Below the pieces are notes generated by a model, which made no database searches, was not told where the DNA came from, and was given only the letters and a program-made list of their open reading frames with translations. The translations under genes were made by a program, and so were the position numbers. Positions 13,943 to 27,341 of a stretch of 64,000 nt of DNA are shown piece after piece; the first letter of the stretch is position 1; each line of letters opens with the position of its first letter. The DNA is from Trichodelitschia bisporula. Its lineage: Eukaryota. The stretch lies in assembly GCA_010356995.1 (NCBI GenBank), contig ML996701.1:124001-188000 (forward strand). The letters are read 5' to 3'.

Positions 13943-14054
13943 TGGCGGATAGTACGACTGTTCGAGTGGGGAATTGGGAGGTTATATGCGGAAGTCGCGG
14001 GTTTGCGATATGGACTGATGTATTTCATCCCCCGCGATCCCGCCTGCACCGCGC

Positions 14055-14062
14055 TGACGTCA
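14055..14062. promoter_or_regulatory. CRE/ATF-type bZIP site upstream of the cupin gene
   Basis: Perfect TGACGTCA palindrome ~70 nt upstream of a TATA-like element (minus-strand TATAA near 13982-13986). Function inferred. Confidence 0.4.
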
Positions 14063-14734
14063 TAATGCGAGGCTGACTACCTCATCGTGACTAAGGCGGC
14101 AGTGACTGCGGTACGGTGGCCGCAATTTAAGCTGCGTTTGTTCCCCCGCTGCGATTTGCGATATCGGAAGTAGGATTGAGCACAATACGGCGGGGCTTGG
14201 TGCCGCCTTGCCGCTGGTGGGTGTGCTGTGCGGCTGTGCGGCTGTGCGGCTGTGCGGCGGCCAGCCTCGCGGCTCGTGGCTGCCGGGTAATCCGCTGACC
14301 AGCCGGAATTTGCCGGGCGCGTGTCCGCCGCAGAGGGGTGGATGGCACGAAGTTGGGGCTTTGTTGGACTTGTAACTGTCGGGTAGTGATATCGTGAAAG
14401 GGCAAAAGGTATGCAGCGGATGTATTACATCGCGCTGTTGGGGTGGCGTGCAAGACGGATTTTCGACAAGCTGGTATTATCGGGAGGGAAGCCCTCGGAG
14501 ATTTCAGCTAACCGCTAGGTCTCAACTCACCTATCTATGAGCTGTGGTTTGAGTACCACCGTCGATCTGCACCTGGCGATGTTACGCTGGTCGGATGTAT
14601 CTCCATCTCTGCTCGGACGCCCGTGACTACCCGCGATTTGCCTTGCATGCCTCACATGCCGTTACCCGCAACATCGGGGTTGAGGAGGACAAATATGGTA
14701 AAAGCGGTATCGGTAAGCGTGGGATGCTTACAAC

Positions 14735-15595
14735 TGGACATGAGACAGGATGGAGAGGAAGTTGGGATGGGCCATGGGGGTAGATCTAAGATTTTGGGGT
14801 GTAGGAATAAGGGAAATCCATATATTTAGGATCGATTTCCGGCGTGTATCATCAACCTCCTCCGAAACAGACGTAAGATACCTCTACAGGCTCTGAAAAG
14901 TCCAGTGACCACGAGAAACGAAGTCATAAACGCCAACTCCGCGAATTCGCGGAGCTATCGCCAATTCTCGGTAGACCTCTCATCTCATCTCACTATCGCA
15001 TCAGACCCTCTGCTCGGACCCCAGGACTACCAGTGATTCATCTTCCTCGCATACGTCTATCCGCAACTCAGGACCTTGGACATGAGACAGAACCAAGAAG
15101 AAGTTGGGATAGGCCAGGGGTGTAGATCTAAGATTTTGGGGTGTAGGAATAAGAATATCCCTATATGTATGGTTCATCTTTGGCATGTATCATCAACCTC
15201 CTCCGAAACAGATATAATATACATCAACATGCTCTGGCAAGTCCAGTGATCACGGGAAACAAAGACATAAACGCCATCTCCGCCAATTCGCGGAGCTATC
15301 TCCATTTCTTTTCGGCGGCCTCTCGTCTCGTCTAACCAGCACGTCGATCTGAGCAGAGCCTTGGACATGAGACAGGACCAAGAAGAGGCTGAGATACGCC
15401 AGGTGTGTAGGAATAAGGATATCCATATATTTATGGTCGATCTTTGGCATGTATCATTAACTTCCTCCGAAACTGACATAAGATACCTCTACATGCTCTG
15501 GCGAGTCTGGCGATCATGCGAAACAAAGTCATTAACGCCATCCCCGCGAATTCGCGGGGCTACCTCCACTTTTCGGTAGACACCTCATCTTATCC
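14735..15595. repeat. Three degenerate direct repeats (~235-255 bp units) each with an 18-bp palindrome
   Basis: Units start TGGACATGAGACAG at 14735, 15077, 15362 and share GTGTAGGAATAAG, TGTATCAT, TCCTCCGAAAC and AATTCGCGG. Confidence 0.9.
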
Positions 15596-15956
15596 CCTTC
15601 GCGCATCAAGCCTAAGTAGACTGAGCATGAAGAACGGGCCAACAAACGGACAGTCGCCGTCTGGTCTGACATGTCTGCTTTCGTCGCCATATCAGTTGTG
15701 GACAGAGAGGCAATTCAGTGATGTTTCTTCCGCTACATTAGAGTACGGAAGCTGTCGATGTTTCCCTTGATAGGGTATGGCATAATGCATTAAATATCCT
15801 CCTGATGAAGACTCATGATTACAACTCCAGAATCAGCCATGCATAGACTGACTCACAGTCAGCAGCCTGTATGCCTGTCTTCCCTTGTGCACAGGCTTCA
15901 GCCATCGATCTATGCCCGGAAAAAGACACACCCGCTCAAGGCCAACCCAACTTCCC

Positions 15957-18113
15957 CTACGCAATCCCCGCCCCAACCGGGCAATTCGGCATATTCGCCT
16001 GCCACGCAATCTTCGCATACTCCGGCAAGTACATATTGGATGTGACATTACTCGGCAAATAATTGATCACATCCTTCAAGGTGTACGAAGCCCCCAACAT
16101 CTGCAACCCCTGCAGCGTCAAGTTAGCCGCGAAATTGAGGAACACGAGATCCACGGTTTTCGGCACGCTGCCGTCCGTGGGGAAGGATGCGTTCCCCCAC
16201 ACGTTGTTCGGCTGCGGGTAGTTCGGGATGCTGCTGTGCGCCGTGTCGTCGCCGTCCGTGCCGAAGTCGTCGGTCGTGGTGTAGCCGGCTGAGACTACGT
16301 CTTGCCGCCGCGTGAGCCGCGGCCCAGAGATGCTGCGCTTGCCGAGCCGGTCGTAGACTACGGGAGGGTCCACGCAGATTTCCTGGTCGACCTGGTGCAT
16401 GGGGTTGAATCCGAAGTCGGAGGATGACAAGTCCCTTTTCCGCTTCAGTGCTTTCTGCTTGTTGATGATACTGAGAACTTGCTGCACACTCATAAGCTGA
16501 CAGATACCTTGAACTCCGTATTGCTGCACTTACCGAAGCAATGGTGTAAGGCACGTCGGGTATGAACCACCACTCGTTCTTGAAGGGGCTGACAATGTAC
16601 GAGTCATCCAGTGTAAACGGGCCTTGAACGAGATCAAACCGCACACTCCCCGTGTTGACAATGATATACCGCGGGATATCCTTCCGCGTCGCATTCGCGA
16701 TCGTCTTACCCAAGGCGATTTCCAGAAGCGTCAAGATATTCCCGTCCGAGCCATACGGCTTGCAAAACTGGCAGTACGACTTGGGCGCGCACCCGTACAG
16801 CGTCGACAAATTCAACTGCTGGCGCAACCCCGTGATTTGCGCCGTAGCCGCCTTGCCCTGCTGGATATCAAACGTGTGCGCCTGACTGCCCGTGACGTGG
16901 TACTCGAATGTCCGCCGGTTCCAGTCCAGGTACCGCCGGGCGTAAGTCAGGTTCGATGGACTCTTGGAGAGGGAGTAATTTGCCGCCGTTGTGCCGGTAG
17001 CCACGACGACCGCACTCCGCGTTGGCGTTGGGACATCGCTGAGCTTAGCCTTGGAGTGGGTATTCGAGGAGTTGAGGCCGCTCAGGGCCAGCCAGCCGAG
17101 GGTCTCGCAGTAGCGACCTTCACCGTCAGTACAGTTCCATCATTGGGTTCCGGACTCACCAGCTTGGAATCCTGTGGCTTTGTTGTCGTACACGACGAAG
17201 TCGCGCACATGGCTGTGGCCGCCGAAGACTTGGATGGGCGTATCAGGCTTGATTTTACGAATCGCCGCATAGACGATCTTTATGGTGCTTGAGGCCACAT
17301 CGCGCGGGGGATTATGCCCGATGACGAGGAAGAGGTCGATTGGCTTGGTGAAGTTGACGGCTTGTGCGAACCAGTGCTGCTTGACCATGTTCGCTGCCAT
17401 CGTTATGCGGGAAGCGTTGCTGTTGCCGGTAAAGTCGAACAGGACGCCGAACGCCATGATCCGTATGCCTCCAGGCGTGGTAAAGTACCGGTACTGAGAC
17501 CCCACACGCTCGTACTTCTTCGACGTCGTGTTGTAGATCTCGACGTTGCTGTTCACATACCGGTCGCCGTAGACCCCGGTGAACTGGGTGAAATGGCTGT
17601 ACGCGATGTCGGAGAGGTACAACTCATGGTTGCCAATAGTCAAGACATCGTAGTCGATGTTCTCCCAAATCGGATTCGACACCAACCCATTCGGCGTCGT
17701 AACATCGCTCAACCCAGCCCCATCATGCAAATCCTATCTCCATCAGCACTCCCCGTCCCCCAACCCCCTCAACCCAAACTCACCCCGGTATCAATCAACA
17801 ACAAATCCACCCCCAACCTCTTCGCCTTCTCCTTCATCCCACTCACAAAGCTCACATAATCCCCCCAATCCGCCCCATAATTCCGCTCCTTCAAATGCCC
17901 CTCCAGCCACCCATGCGTATCCGTCGTCTGCAAAAAATTGATCTGCCCCCACTCCAGCGGCGCCCGCGGACTCGTCACCGCAGTCAGCGCTTCGGGCTGC
18001 ATCCGCCGCGCCAGCCGCGTCATCACCACGCCGTCCTGCGGGCCGTAGCATGAGTCGCATGCCGAAGCCGCACCCGCAAGCGCGATATACACAGCCCAGG
18101 ATCCGAATCGCAT
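15957..18113 (-). CDS. Secreted calcineurin-like metallophosphoesterase / 5'-nucleotidase (YHR202W-like)
   Basis: Signal peptide; introns 17783-17734, 17159-17118, 16533-16482. Motifs [58 protein letters not shown]. Confidence 0.92.
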
Positions 18114-19394
18114 GTCGAACGGCTCTCAGGAACAGGAACAGGGGCGCAAACGGGGAACGGGGAACGGGAACTAAGTATACCCTCGCGCAACGCTGACCGG
18201 CGCACGCAGGGCGCGACGCGGCCTAATATACCACAATACGGGTAATTGAGTGACAGGATGCACCGAGCGGGCAGGATCCGCACCTGTCCATTCCCGCGCC
18301 GATCGGATGTCACCGCGTACAGGCCGCTTTCGACGAAGCTGGCAGGCTGGGTTATCTGCCTTGCAGATCAGCGATAAAGCAAGGCCGTCCTGCCGCGTGG
18401 CCGGCTTAGGCCCGAAAGCTGTACGTCCCCAGCCCTGGCGCTCGCCCATTCGCGGTCCAACGTGCGGCGGGGGATGTACCCACGTGTGGCAGGAGGTGTA
18501 GCTGAGTGCCCATCACCAACCCGCTCCCGGGTTGTATCCTGGCGTTGCCCAGTTCGGAGATGCAGGACCAAGGAAGCGGGGATTTGAGCGGCCGCTAGGG
18601 AAGGGCCCGGTTGCTAAGCATTGCTTGGGAGAAAGGCTTGGAGGGTGGGATAATGTAGGGTACTATGAAAAATATTGTAGAGTACTATGGACAGGTGCAA
18701 GGCAACGCAGGGTTCCCACGGGGAAGTGGGTTAGTCTAGACCCCGCGGTCCGGGCGCGACGTTGCCAGCGCGCTTGTGCTCAGCTACCCGCTGAAGCGCC
18801 ACCATGCCTTATGCCCCGCATATGATATCATGGGCTTTAAGCTGAAAGCGACATTTCCAGCTGTGCGATTTCCCGCATTACATATATACAGCTGAAGAAG
18901 TGCAGTTCACTCTTAGCTCGAGCGGGATGAGGACGGACGGGGTCAAGGCCTTGACTTTGCGCCAATGAGGGTGAGGGTCACTGCTTGTTCATCATTTGTT
19001 TGTTGTGCAGGGGACGAATAAAGTGCGTACGGGAGATGCTCGGCGAAAACAGCCTTGTGGTTCATGTGCTGAAGATACTCGGCGGACACAGCCTTGTGGT
19101 TCGTGTGCGAGATGAGATGTCACTGCAGCCTTTATTCACATCCAACGTTCCAGGTACCGATAGGTGCTTTCACGAAGTATGCAACCATCTCGTACTCGCT
19201 GACCGAGGTGTCAGCCTTGCAGTCGTATTTTCCCCAGTAGATGCACCGAACAAACCGCATGTCATCCACCATTCACGAAACCGTGCGCACATCCACCACA
19301 CACAAGCCAGAAACCCAGTATCACACCATCAATGCTCGCGCATATCCTTTTTCCCAGCTACGAACTCATCTATCCCCCATCCTCCACAAGTCAA

Positions 19395-21862
19395 CTACGC
19401 CAGCTCATCCCTAATCTCACGAATAACATTCTTTATCCTCGGCTCAACCCCTACCTTCTCCGCCCGCGCAAGCACCTTCTCAAAATCCAGCGCCTCCATC
19501 GCCAAATCCCTGAAATCGCGTCCAAGGGCCAGCAACGTCCCCGCTGCTACAAGCGCGCGGTACAAGGCCTCGGAATCCGTCGCATGTGCAACAATCCGCG
19601 ACACCTCGTCGAGCAGCGTCACAGCGCGATCCGCGCCCGGCCCGATCCCCGCATCCCCGCCGGCAACCGCGAGAACGGCATAGTTGACGTAGAGCGTGGT
19701 GAGCGCGATGAGCAGGTTCCGGTTTCCGCTCTTGGACAGCGAGCCCACAGCTGTATGGACGGCCTCGAAGCTGCCGTCCATGAGCGTCCGGCCTTCCTCC
19801 GTATTGAACAGATTTGCGAGTGCGCGCACCGCGAGCATGGTGTTATTGACAGGCGCATCGGGCGCAAAGACCTCGGACTCAATGAGAGCATCGATCAGCG
19901 TAGTGTCGCCGGAGCTGGTGTGCGAGACCGTCGTCGCCGACGCCGCGGTCAGCAAGCGCAGGAGGTCGAGACCGGGAAGCCGACGGTCAGCTGGCCAACG
20001 CGTCGCGAGATTCACCGCGATGTCAATACCCTTGGTCAGGATAGGAGTAGAGGTATCCGGCTTCACGGACGCGGATTCAAGTTGCTTGATTGTGGCAGCG
20101 AGGACTTCGAGATCGGGCGGCTGCAGCGCGACATCCTTGCGGTTTTCCTTGAGAAAAGCGGTGTTGAATTCCTCAATCTTCTTCTGGATCATGCGGTGGT
20201 TCGCTGTCGCGATCGTCAGGTACTGCGTCTGCGGGAGCATCTTCGGGCGCGGCAATTGCGCCGGAGGTGCGCCTGCATCGCCTGGGCGGTAGCGCGACTC
20301 GGTGCCCCAGGGATCCGAGCCGGGTGCATGAGTTGCCTGTGTCGATTGTCCGATGGTTGCGCCCTGGCTGTTGGTGATGATGAAATTGGCCACCTGGTCG
20401 AGGTACGTAATGGGCAGCTCGTTGTCCGTGATAAACTTCTGCGCCACCTCGTAGGGATTTTGCGTTGCGTTGTACGGCAGCTTCAGCGGGGGCTTGCCGT
20501 CCTCGATATCAACGTCGAACACATAATCCCAGTCCTTGCCCTCGTACGAAATTTTCCGCCCGCTCCCAGCAGCTGCGTCCACGACCGTCCCGACGTTGAC
20601 CCACTGCCGCACTGCTTGTGACCACTGGTACGCTGCAATGCTACCGTCACCCATCTTGATCATCTGCACTTGACCCTCCTTAGTGCCAGACTTTGACGTC
20701 AGAAACTCCGGGCCCGGCAGGTCGGTCTTGTTGATACCGCCCAGAGCCTGTTCCGGAATGGCGGACGCCTTAACAGCTTCGTCGAATTCAGCCAGGACGT
20801 TGGGAGCTGCGTGGCGTTCCTCCACGCGGCTGAATACGCGTGCGATACGGTCACTCGACCCAGTAACGATGTCGCCGTTTTGTGCACAAGCCGCCACTGT
20901 CCACACCGAAATAGCGGGGTGGGTTATGACCTGGACTGCCCGACCCTTGTTCCAGATGCGAACAGTGCGATCTTCACCCGCACTCACAATCTCGCCCGAC
21001 GGCAGTGTCGTCAGCGAATATATGAAGCTGTCGTGGCCGAGCAGTTGGCCAACGCGACGCCCGTCGAGACGCCAGAGGGAAATGGCGCCATCGTTGCCCG
21101 CTGACGCGAAATCCGCGTTCGACCAGTGTCCCGGCGGCAGCTTGGCCAGCGCGCGCACAATATCCGGCGCGTTAATCTTGCGAAGGAGCTTGCCGGACGG
21201 GTGGTAGATGTGGATGGACTTGTCGGCACTGCCTATCGCGCACGCATCGGTTAGCATAGTTCCACAGAGCGTCGCGCTCGGGCCGCGGACAAGGTCGTAC
21301 TTACCAGTAAGAATAGTCTCTTTATCGTAGATGCTGACGGCCCATACGCTCGCCTGGTGACCCTGAAGGACTACCGACTGCTCCCACTTGCCAATGGTCC
21401 ACACACGAGCTTCCGTATCCCAGCTGCCACTGACGATTGTTCCGTCTTCGCCGACCTCAAGGGCGCAAACGTTGCCTGAGTGACCCAGAAGCAGCGCCTC
21501 GGCGTTGTCCTGCGGCGGGCGACCGGGCTGGCGGGCCTCAATGATTGCATCGCGACCGCCCGAGACGATCAGGCCGTCGGGGTATTTAGAGGTCGGCGGC
21601 ACAAAAGCGACGGAGTTAACGAAGGATGTGCCATTTGAGGCGAGCGAGCAGTCGTAGGTGGGAGGCTTCGGGGAGAGAAGCTTCCAAAGGCGGACAGTAG
21701 TGTCTCGAGAGGCAGTGAGGACAAAGGTCGAATCGGGAAAGGCTACACTGCGGACCTGGGATTGTCAGGATTTTGGGAAATGTGATTGCCATTTGCAGCG
21801 CGCAGGTTACGCACATCGTCCTCGTGTCCCTCGAGGGAAGCTGAGAGCTTAAATTCAGACAT
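19395..21862 (-). CDS. DOA1: Ubiquitin-binding Cdc48 cofactor Doa1/Ufd3 (PLAA): WD40 + PFU + PUL domains
   Basis: ATG 21862 (MSEFKLSASLEGHEDD|VRSVAF), introns 21814-21756 and 21304-21233; WD40 repeats, PFU motif DYVFDVDIEDGKPPLKLPYN, helical PUL domain (WP...LPGLDLLRL). Confidence 0.95.
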
Positions 21863-23515
21863 TATAGGGCTGGGGGGCTGGCCGGCCTGGAGCGGGGCCT
21901 GTCAGGTAGTGAAATCGAGATTAGCAGCTCATCCGTCAGGAATGCGGGGCCGACGCGGTAGAGTAGCTTGCAAGCTGTGAGTGTCGGTTTAGAGTGGTGA
22001 AGTGTGGGTAATAGGAGCTTGGAAGTTAGGTGGCTTGTGTTTGCAGGTGAGAGGTAGAGGCGGGCGACGTTGTGCCATCCAGGCTCCCCCCGCAATATCA
22101 CGTGATGGGGTTGGTCGGCGGGCTTCACCATGCTTCCATGCCCATGTCAGAGGGGTTACGGCATGCATTGTCCTGTTGTAAACAACAGGGCGTTTGCTTC
22201 TGCACAGCCATGACTGGAAGAGGAAGAGCTTGAGCTTGTACCCTACGGCCTGCGGACTGTTCGTTCTCCTCCAGTGTTGTAAAATGATACGAGGGGAAGG
22301 GAAAAGGAGCAGAAAAGTGACGACTCTCCAAAGCCACCCGGAGCACCCCGCATTTTAGGTGCTCCACTGCCGTCCCACGCCGGCCCGCCTCGTCATTCGA
22401 ACCTTTCGCATCCGATCCGGCCTCTGTTCCATCCCAACAAAGCGCTAAACGATGAATGAATACGTAGTATACCGGCAATCCAATTCTATTCAACCGTCGA
22501 TGCGTCACCATATCAGCCAAATATCTCACCTCGAGCCGCCCAGCACGGGACATCGGTCTGAGCCTCCCTCCGATGTTCCACCCGCCGCTGTATCACCCCG
22601 TTGCGCAGTCCCCTGAACCCTCCTGTACCCAAAGAATCTGGAAACTCGCGGACGGTATCCATCACCCAGCTTCCATGGCCCGCACATTACAGAGAATGTG
22701 CTTCACCCTTATGATGCCATAGGGGTGCGGTCGTCGCTCCGGACGCGGTTGAGGGCGGCTGGCAGACGCCTCACATGCTCAGAGGGCGTCGGCGATGGCG
22801 GCGCCACGGCATCGGCCGGCGTTAAAGCCCAGCGACCCGGGGCCTTGGTGACGACTCTTTTCGCATCGATAGACTTTCACAGAACAGGAAGCGCGAGGCT
22901 AGTATGCTCGAAAGCACGAATCGTCTAGGACGTCGCGCACTGCGAATGGTGGCATGGGTGGGCCCCTGGGTGGCCATTTTTTGAAAGCATCACAAGACGT
23001 GCGCCATTATGGTTCCAAAGCGTCTCGACGGCTGGTACTGCTGTACCATACCCTCCACTTCCTTCGCGCCGTTAGGGCGGATACTGCAGTACTGCAGAGC
23101 CTTGCGCCGGCATGATCCCCTTGGCCCCCGTGGGATGGTGCTGCGTCAAGGTTCTGGGCCGGAATAGCGCGCAGTTTCTGTGTTGACGCGCAACCCCTTC
23201 GTGAAGGATCCCCGCCAGGAATGCTTTCTTGCTGAGTGCTGCCATAAAAAGGACGCATTACCCGCCCTCTCCCTAATCCATCGGTTTATTCGCCTTCCGC
23301 TATTGCCCTTTCCCTCGAACGTGCAATTGTTACTTAAACCCCAATTGCTGCCATCCTCAGACCTGACCTAGATCCGCTCGCCTTCTCAGCCTGATGCATT
23401 TGCCACCAAACCGACACCTGCGCATTACTCCATTGTGTCATCAGCCTTTGCTTGTCGATATTACGCCAACCCCCATCGAGCGTGCTTCCAGACCCATTCA
23501 CCCATCCGGCCCATC

Positions 23516-24619
23516 ATGTCCATCGACGACATAATCCCGCAGCCCGTGCATCCCGTGCAGGCCCCACCCGCCATGGATCCCATCACTGAGCTGCTGCGCG
23601 GCCTGGAGAGGTGAGAACTCCATCTCACTCTCATCCTCTTTCTCACACCCCGCAGACTCCTCGAGATGCCCGACTACTCCGACCTCACCATCCTCTGTGG
23701 GCCAAAGGAATTCAAGGTACACCGGCCACTCGTATGCTCGCGCTCCCCATTCTTCGCCAATGCATGCAGCGGCCCGTGGATGGAATCGCAAACCAACACC
23801 ATCGATCTGAGCGAGGACGATCCTGAGGCCGTCGAACACATGGTGAAGTGTTCGTCATCCCTTCTCATATCTGACCCAACTTACACCCAGCAGACTTCTA
23901 CCATCTCGACTACCTCCCACCCCCCGCCAAACGCACCACTACGGCTCACCAGCATCGCCGCATGAGATCCATTCCAGCTCCTATGCGTCCCGCAAAGCTC
24001 GACACGTCATTTATCGACGACCCGCTTCTCGCCACTGCCCTAGCCAGCTCGCCTAACTCCCCCATCGGCCCTCAAACCCCCGCAGGATGGGCACCTGACT
24101 CCAGCCCTCTCTCCTGGGGCCTACCTCCTCCCTCCCCGGCAGCTTCTATCGCTCCTGAATTCAACTTCAAGCGCCTCTCCTCCGCCATAGACGGGCACGT
24201 CCGCAGCCGCCCCTCCACGAGCGACGGGGACTGGATCGAAGTCCAAGAGCCAGACACAACCAGCCCGTCTCTCCTCGTTCACTCGCGCGTATACTCACTG
24301 GCAGAAAAGTACCCAACCCCTCTCACCGCATGAACCGCACTAACGCAACAGGTACGAAATCGCCGGCCTCAAAGCCCTCGCGCGCGCCAAATTCGCCTCA
24401 CAAGCCCACCACCACTGGCAAACGGACGAATTCGCCGCCGCCATGGCCCACGTCTTCGAGAGCACGGTCGACTCAGACCGTGGCTTGCGCGATATAGTCA
24501 TCAGCGTGGTGCGCGCGCACCCGGAGATCGTGCCTCGGCCGGCGGTGCGGGAGGTGCTGCAGGTCTCGTCGAGATTGACGTATGAGGTGTGCTGCGTGGC
24601 GTGGGGGATTCCCGTGTGA
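23516..24619 (+). CDS. Fungal BTB/POZ-domain protein
   Basis: Introns 23611-23655, 23850-23893, 24309-24351. [27 protein letters not shown]...[24 protein letters not shown]-terminal [25 protein letters not shown]...DRGLRD; TGA 24617-24619. Confidence 0.92.
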
Positions 24620-26834
24620 GACCAGACTTTGGGGGAGGTGCGCTTTTCCACGGATTCTTCAGTTGGTCAGGGTATTTTGCTCATTGCAGGTGTTCGGGAC
24701 GGGAGGGACCCACTGCCACGCGGGAAGGGGGTCGGCGTTGGGCGGAGGTCTAGCCCCCGATGATATCACCATGCAGTGTAAAAACTTTGTAGTTAGCCCT
24801 TGTCTTTTGGCAGGGCGGGCACAGGCTGGGTCGCATTGGACGGGCGTTACGGGACGGAGTGACATCAGGACATGGTTTTCGCGCTTCCTTTTTTTTTTGC
24901 AGTAGGCGGATTATCCCAAGCCGTGTCGGCGAGTCGGGGATCCACTCGCCGCGATTTTGCGACCAGGTTACAATGTCGTCGGTGGATTAGGCGTCCAGTC
25001 GCCCTTGTTACAGGACCTGCAGGTTGGTAGTGTGCCTCGACATCCGTCGATTAGGCGCGGGTAGCCGATCTGATGGAACCAGAATACAGGGCCATTCCAC
25101 CAGGTTGTTGCGCAGCGCGGTTGAGATGCTTGAACGTTGTAGCCGCTAGCGGACCTCACTTCGAGCGACTGCCGCTTTGGTTCGGGCGCGATGTAGAGGC
25201 GCGATAGATCTGCATCGGGATGGATACGTATGGAAGGAGAAGGAGAATGCAGTGTGTCTTCATCGTGTGATCTAGAGTTGACATTGATGCCGATGCATGG
25301 ATTGGGTTCGTCTCAATTGTCACTCTCGAACTTCGTCGCAAGTCGTCGTCATCCCTCTACCCCGCAGCAGGCACCCTGCCCCGCGCCCCACTTTCCCCGC
25401 TGACCGCGCTATCGTACCTTATCCTCACTACTGCTGTTACTACACTATCACCATAACAACAATCATTATCAGCATCTGCCTCACTCAATCTACATACCCG
25501 CGGCCCGAATCCGCCCAAAATCCCAGTGAAAATCAAACTTGCCACAGAACGCAGGCCGCGCAATACAAACGCCACACGCGGCTTGGCCCTGCACCCGGAA
25601 GCGGAGACCGGCTTGCACTTGCCCTCTCTAGCCCTGCCCCACCCGTCAAATGCGCAGACTCTCTTGTCAACTGGTGCGAGTCAAACTTGCGTACTACGTA
25701 TGCTATGTGGGCTGGGGAAGTAAGTCATGAGTCTAGAGTCGAAAATACCGCTGCATCGCACGGCGCCGAGGTTGCAACGCATTGCACGCAGCAGTGGGGG
25801 GCAAGGTGAGACGTGCACGTCTGATCAAGGTTTGCCATATCTGCCGTGCGGGCGCTTGGCGAGGCGCGGCGTCGGCAAGTCGGCAAGCGGAGGTTAGTCC
25901 GGGCCTTTTCGAGGCAGTGTGGGAAGTGGGCGCGAAATGACGATGCCTCACACTTGCGAACCACTTCGGAAACTACGGAGCGTAGACCACGAGGAAGTGG
26001 GCCCACTCAAGAGCTCGCGCGGCGATTAATAATGGCATTCTAACTTAGGGTATGGTACATGCGACTTGAATGGAGCCATGCTGCTGAGAGATGTCTAGAT
26101 TGTTTGAAGGCCGCTCCTGTTCGGGCTGCTATGGCCGGTCCCCCCCGATCTCTCTCAGTTGGAGTTACGTCATAGGTCAAGACTAGATGTGAGCGCGCCG
26201 ATTGGCGCTCGCCGACGGGGTTGCGCTTCTGAATTACTGCTGTGCACCGACTAGTCTGTCCGTCTTGACTGCTCCCTACTTTGACGGTCCACAGACTGGT
26301 CTTGCAGATTCTCATGGAGCAATTATCATCATTGTTTAGCGCCATTGCTGCGGCTACTGTTTGCGTGTCTCCATAATACCGTGAGCCATATTGCCTTCCT
26401 TCCTCTTGAAGTTTCTTCTCGGCAATATTCGCTTCCCATTGACAGCGTCAAGCAGTAGCGGAGTAGACTGCCGGAATGCCGCGCTCTTGCATTGCCGTAC
26501 ATCGCGGCCAAAGAAAACGCCGACCAGCAGCGGTCTCAGTCTTTTACATCCCGGTGGGGAGGAGCGAATGTCAGCAGCCGCAAGTGGCTGTGAATCGGAC
26601 AGTCACTCGGCCACAGGCGGTTACCAGGCATTCGACCTAATCGGGAAGGAGGGCTCGTCTCGTGACGTAAAGGCATAAAGTCCAGCGACCGAGTTCATCA
26701 ATGCCACGTTCTGTTTCTTCGACTCATTTCTCAAGCATTTTTAATTTCTTTCCAGCCCGGGCGGTCCCAGTGGAGCCGGTGGTCGGAAATGTATGGGCAA
26801 AGGCCGCAGCCGGGTCGAGCCCCGCTTAGCCGTT

Positions 26835-27341
26835 GAGACGAGAAGTTGCAACCTTTACAGGCCATTTCTGAGAACATTCGCCCTCTTACGAAGCTTGTAC
26901 TCCATACGTATGACAATGTGGACTCTGGTCTTCCATCTGGCTCAACGGCGCATTGTTTTTGAGGAAACTCGACATACACAGATCTCATGGCGCTCAATCG
27001 GGACGTGTCTGTTAATCAATCAATCAATAATACCGATCGATTGATTGATCGGTACTTTCGATTACCGGTTCTAGTAAAGGAAAGCTTTGCTCGCGCTCCG
27101 CAGTCGAGACACGAAGTCGCAACCTTCAAAGTCCATTTCTAAGAGCAGCCGCCCTCTTGTGCAGTTTGTACTCCGTACGTCTTCCAACATAGACTGCTTA
27201 CTTCCGTCTGGCTCAAGGGCGCATCATTTTGAAGAAACTCGACATACACAAATCTCGCGGTACTCCATCGGGACGTTTCTGTCAATCAATCAATAACATT
27301 GATCGAGTGATCGATTGATCAGTATCTTCGGTTACCGGTTC
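26835..27341. repeat. Degenerate tandem duplication (~236 bp unit, 271 bp period) ending in a hairpin
   Basis: Copies 26835-27071 and 27106-27341 share GCAACCTT, CCATTTCT, TGTACTCC, TCTGGCTCAA, GAAACTCGACATACACA, ATCGGGACGT, AATCAATCAAT and TTACCGGTTC. Confidence 0.88.

Noticed and set aside
14735..15595. CRISPR-like reading of the palindromic repeats
   Set aside because: Eukaryotic context; the whole unit is homologous, so there are no unique spacers, and no cas genes. No CTRR follows these hairpins either.
19037..19112. 39-bp x2 duplication (and similar short repeats near 5778, 14228, 57719)
   Set aside because: Ordinary slippage duplications with no further structure.
19332..20621. 429-aa plus-strand ORF
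   Set aside because: Antisense shadow of DOA1.
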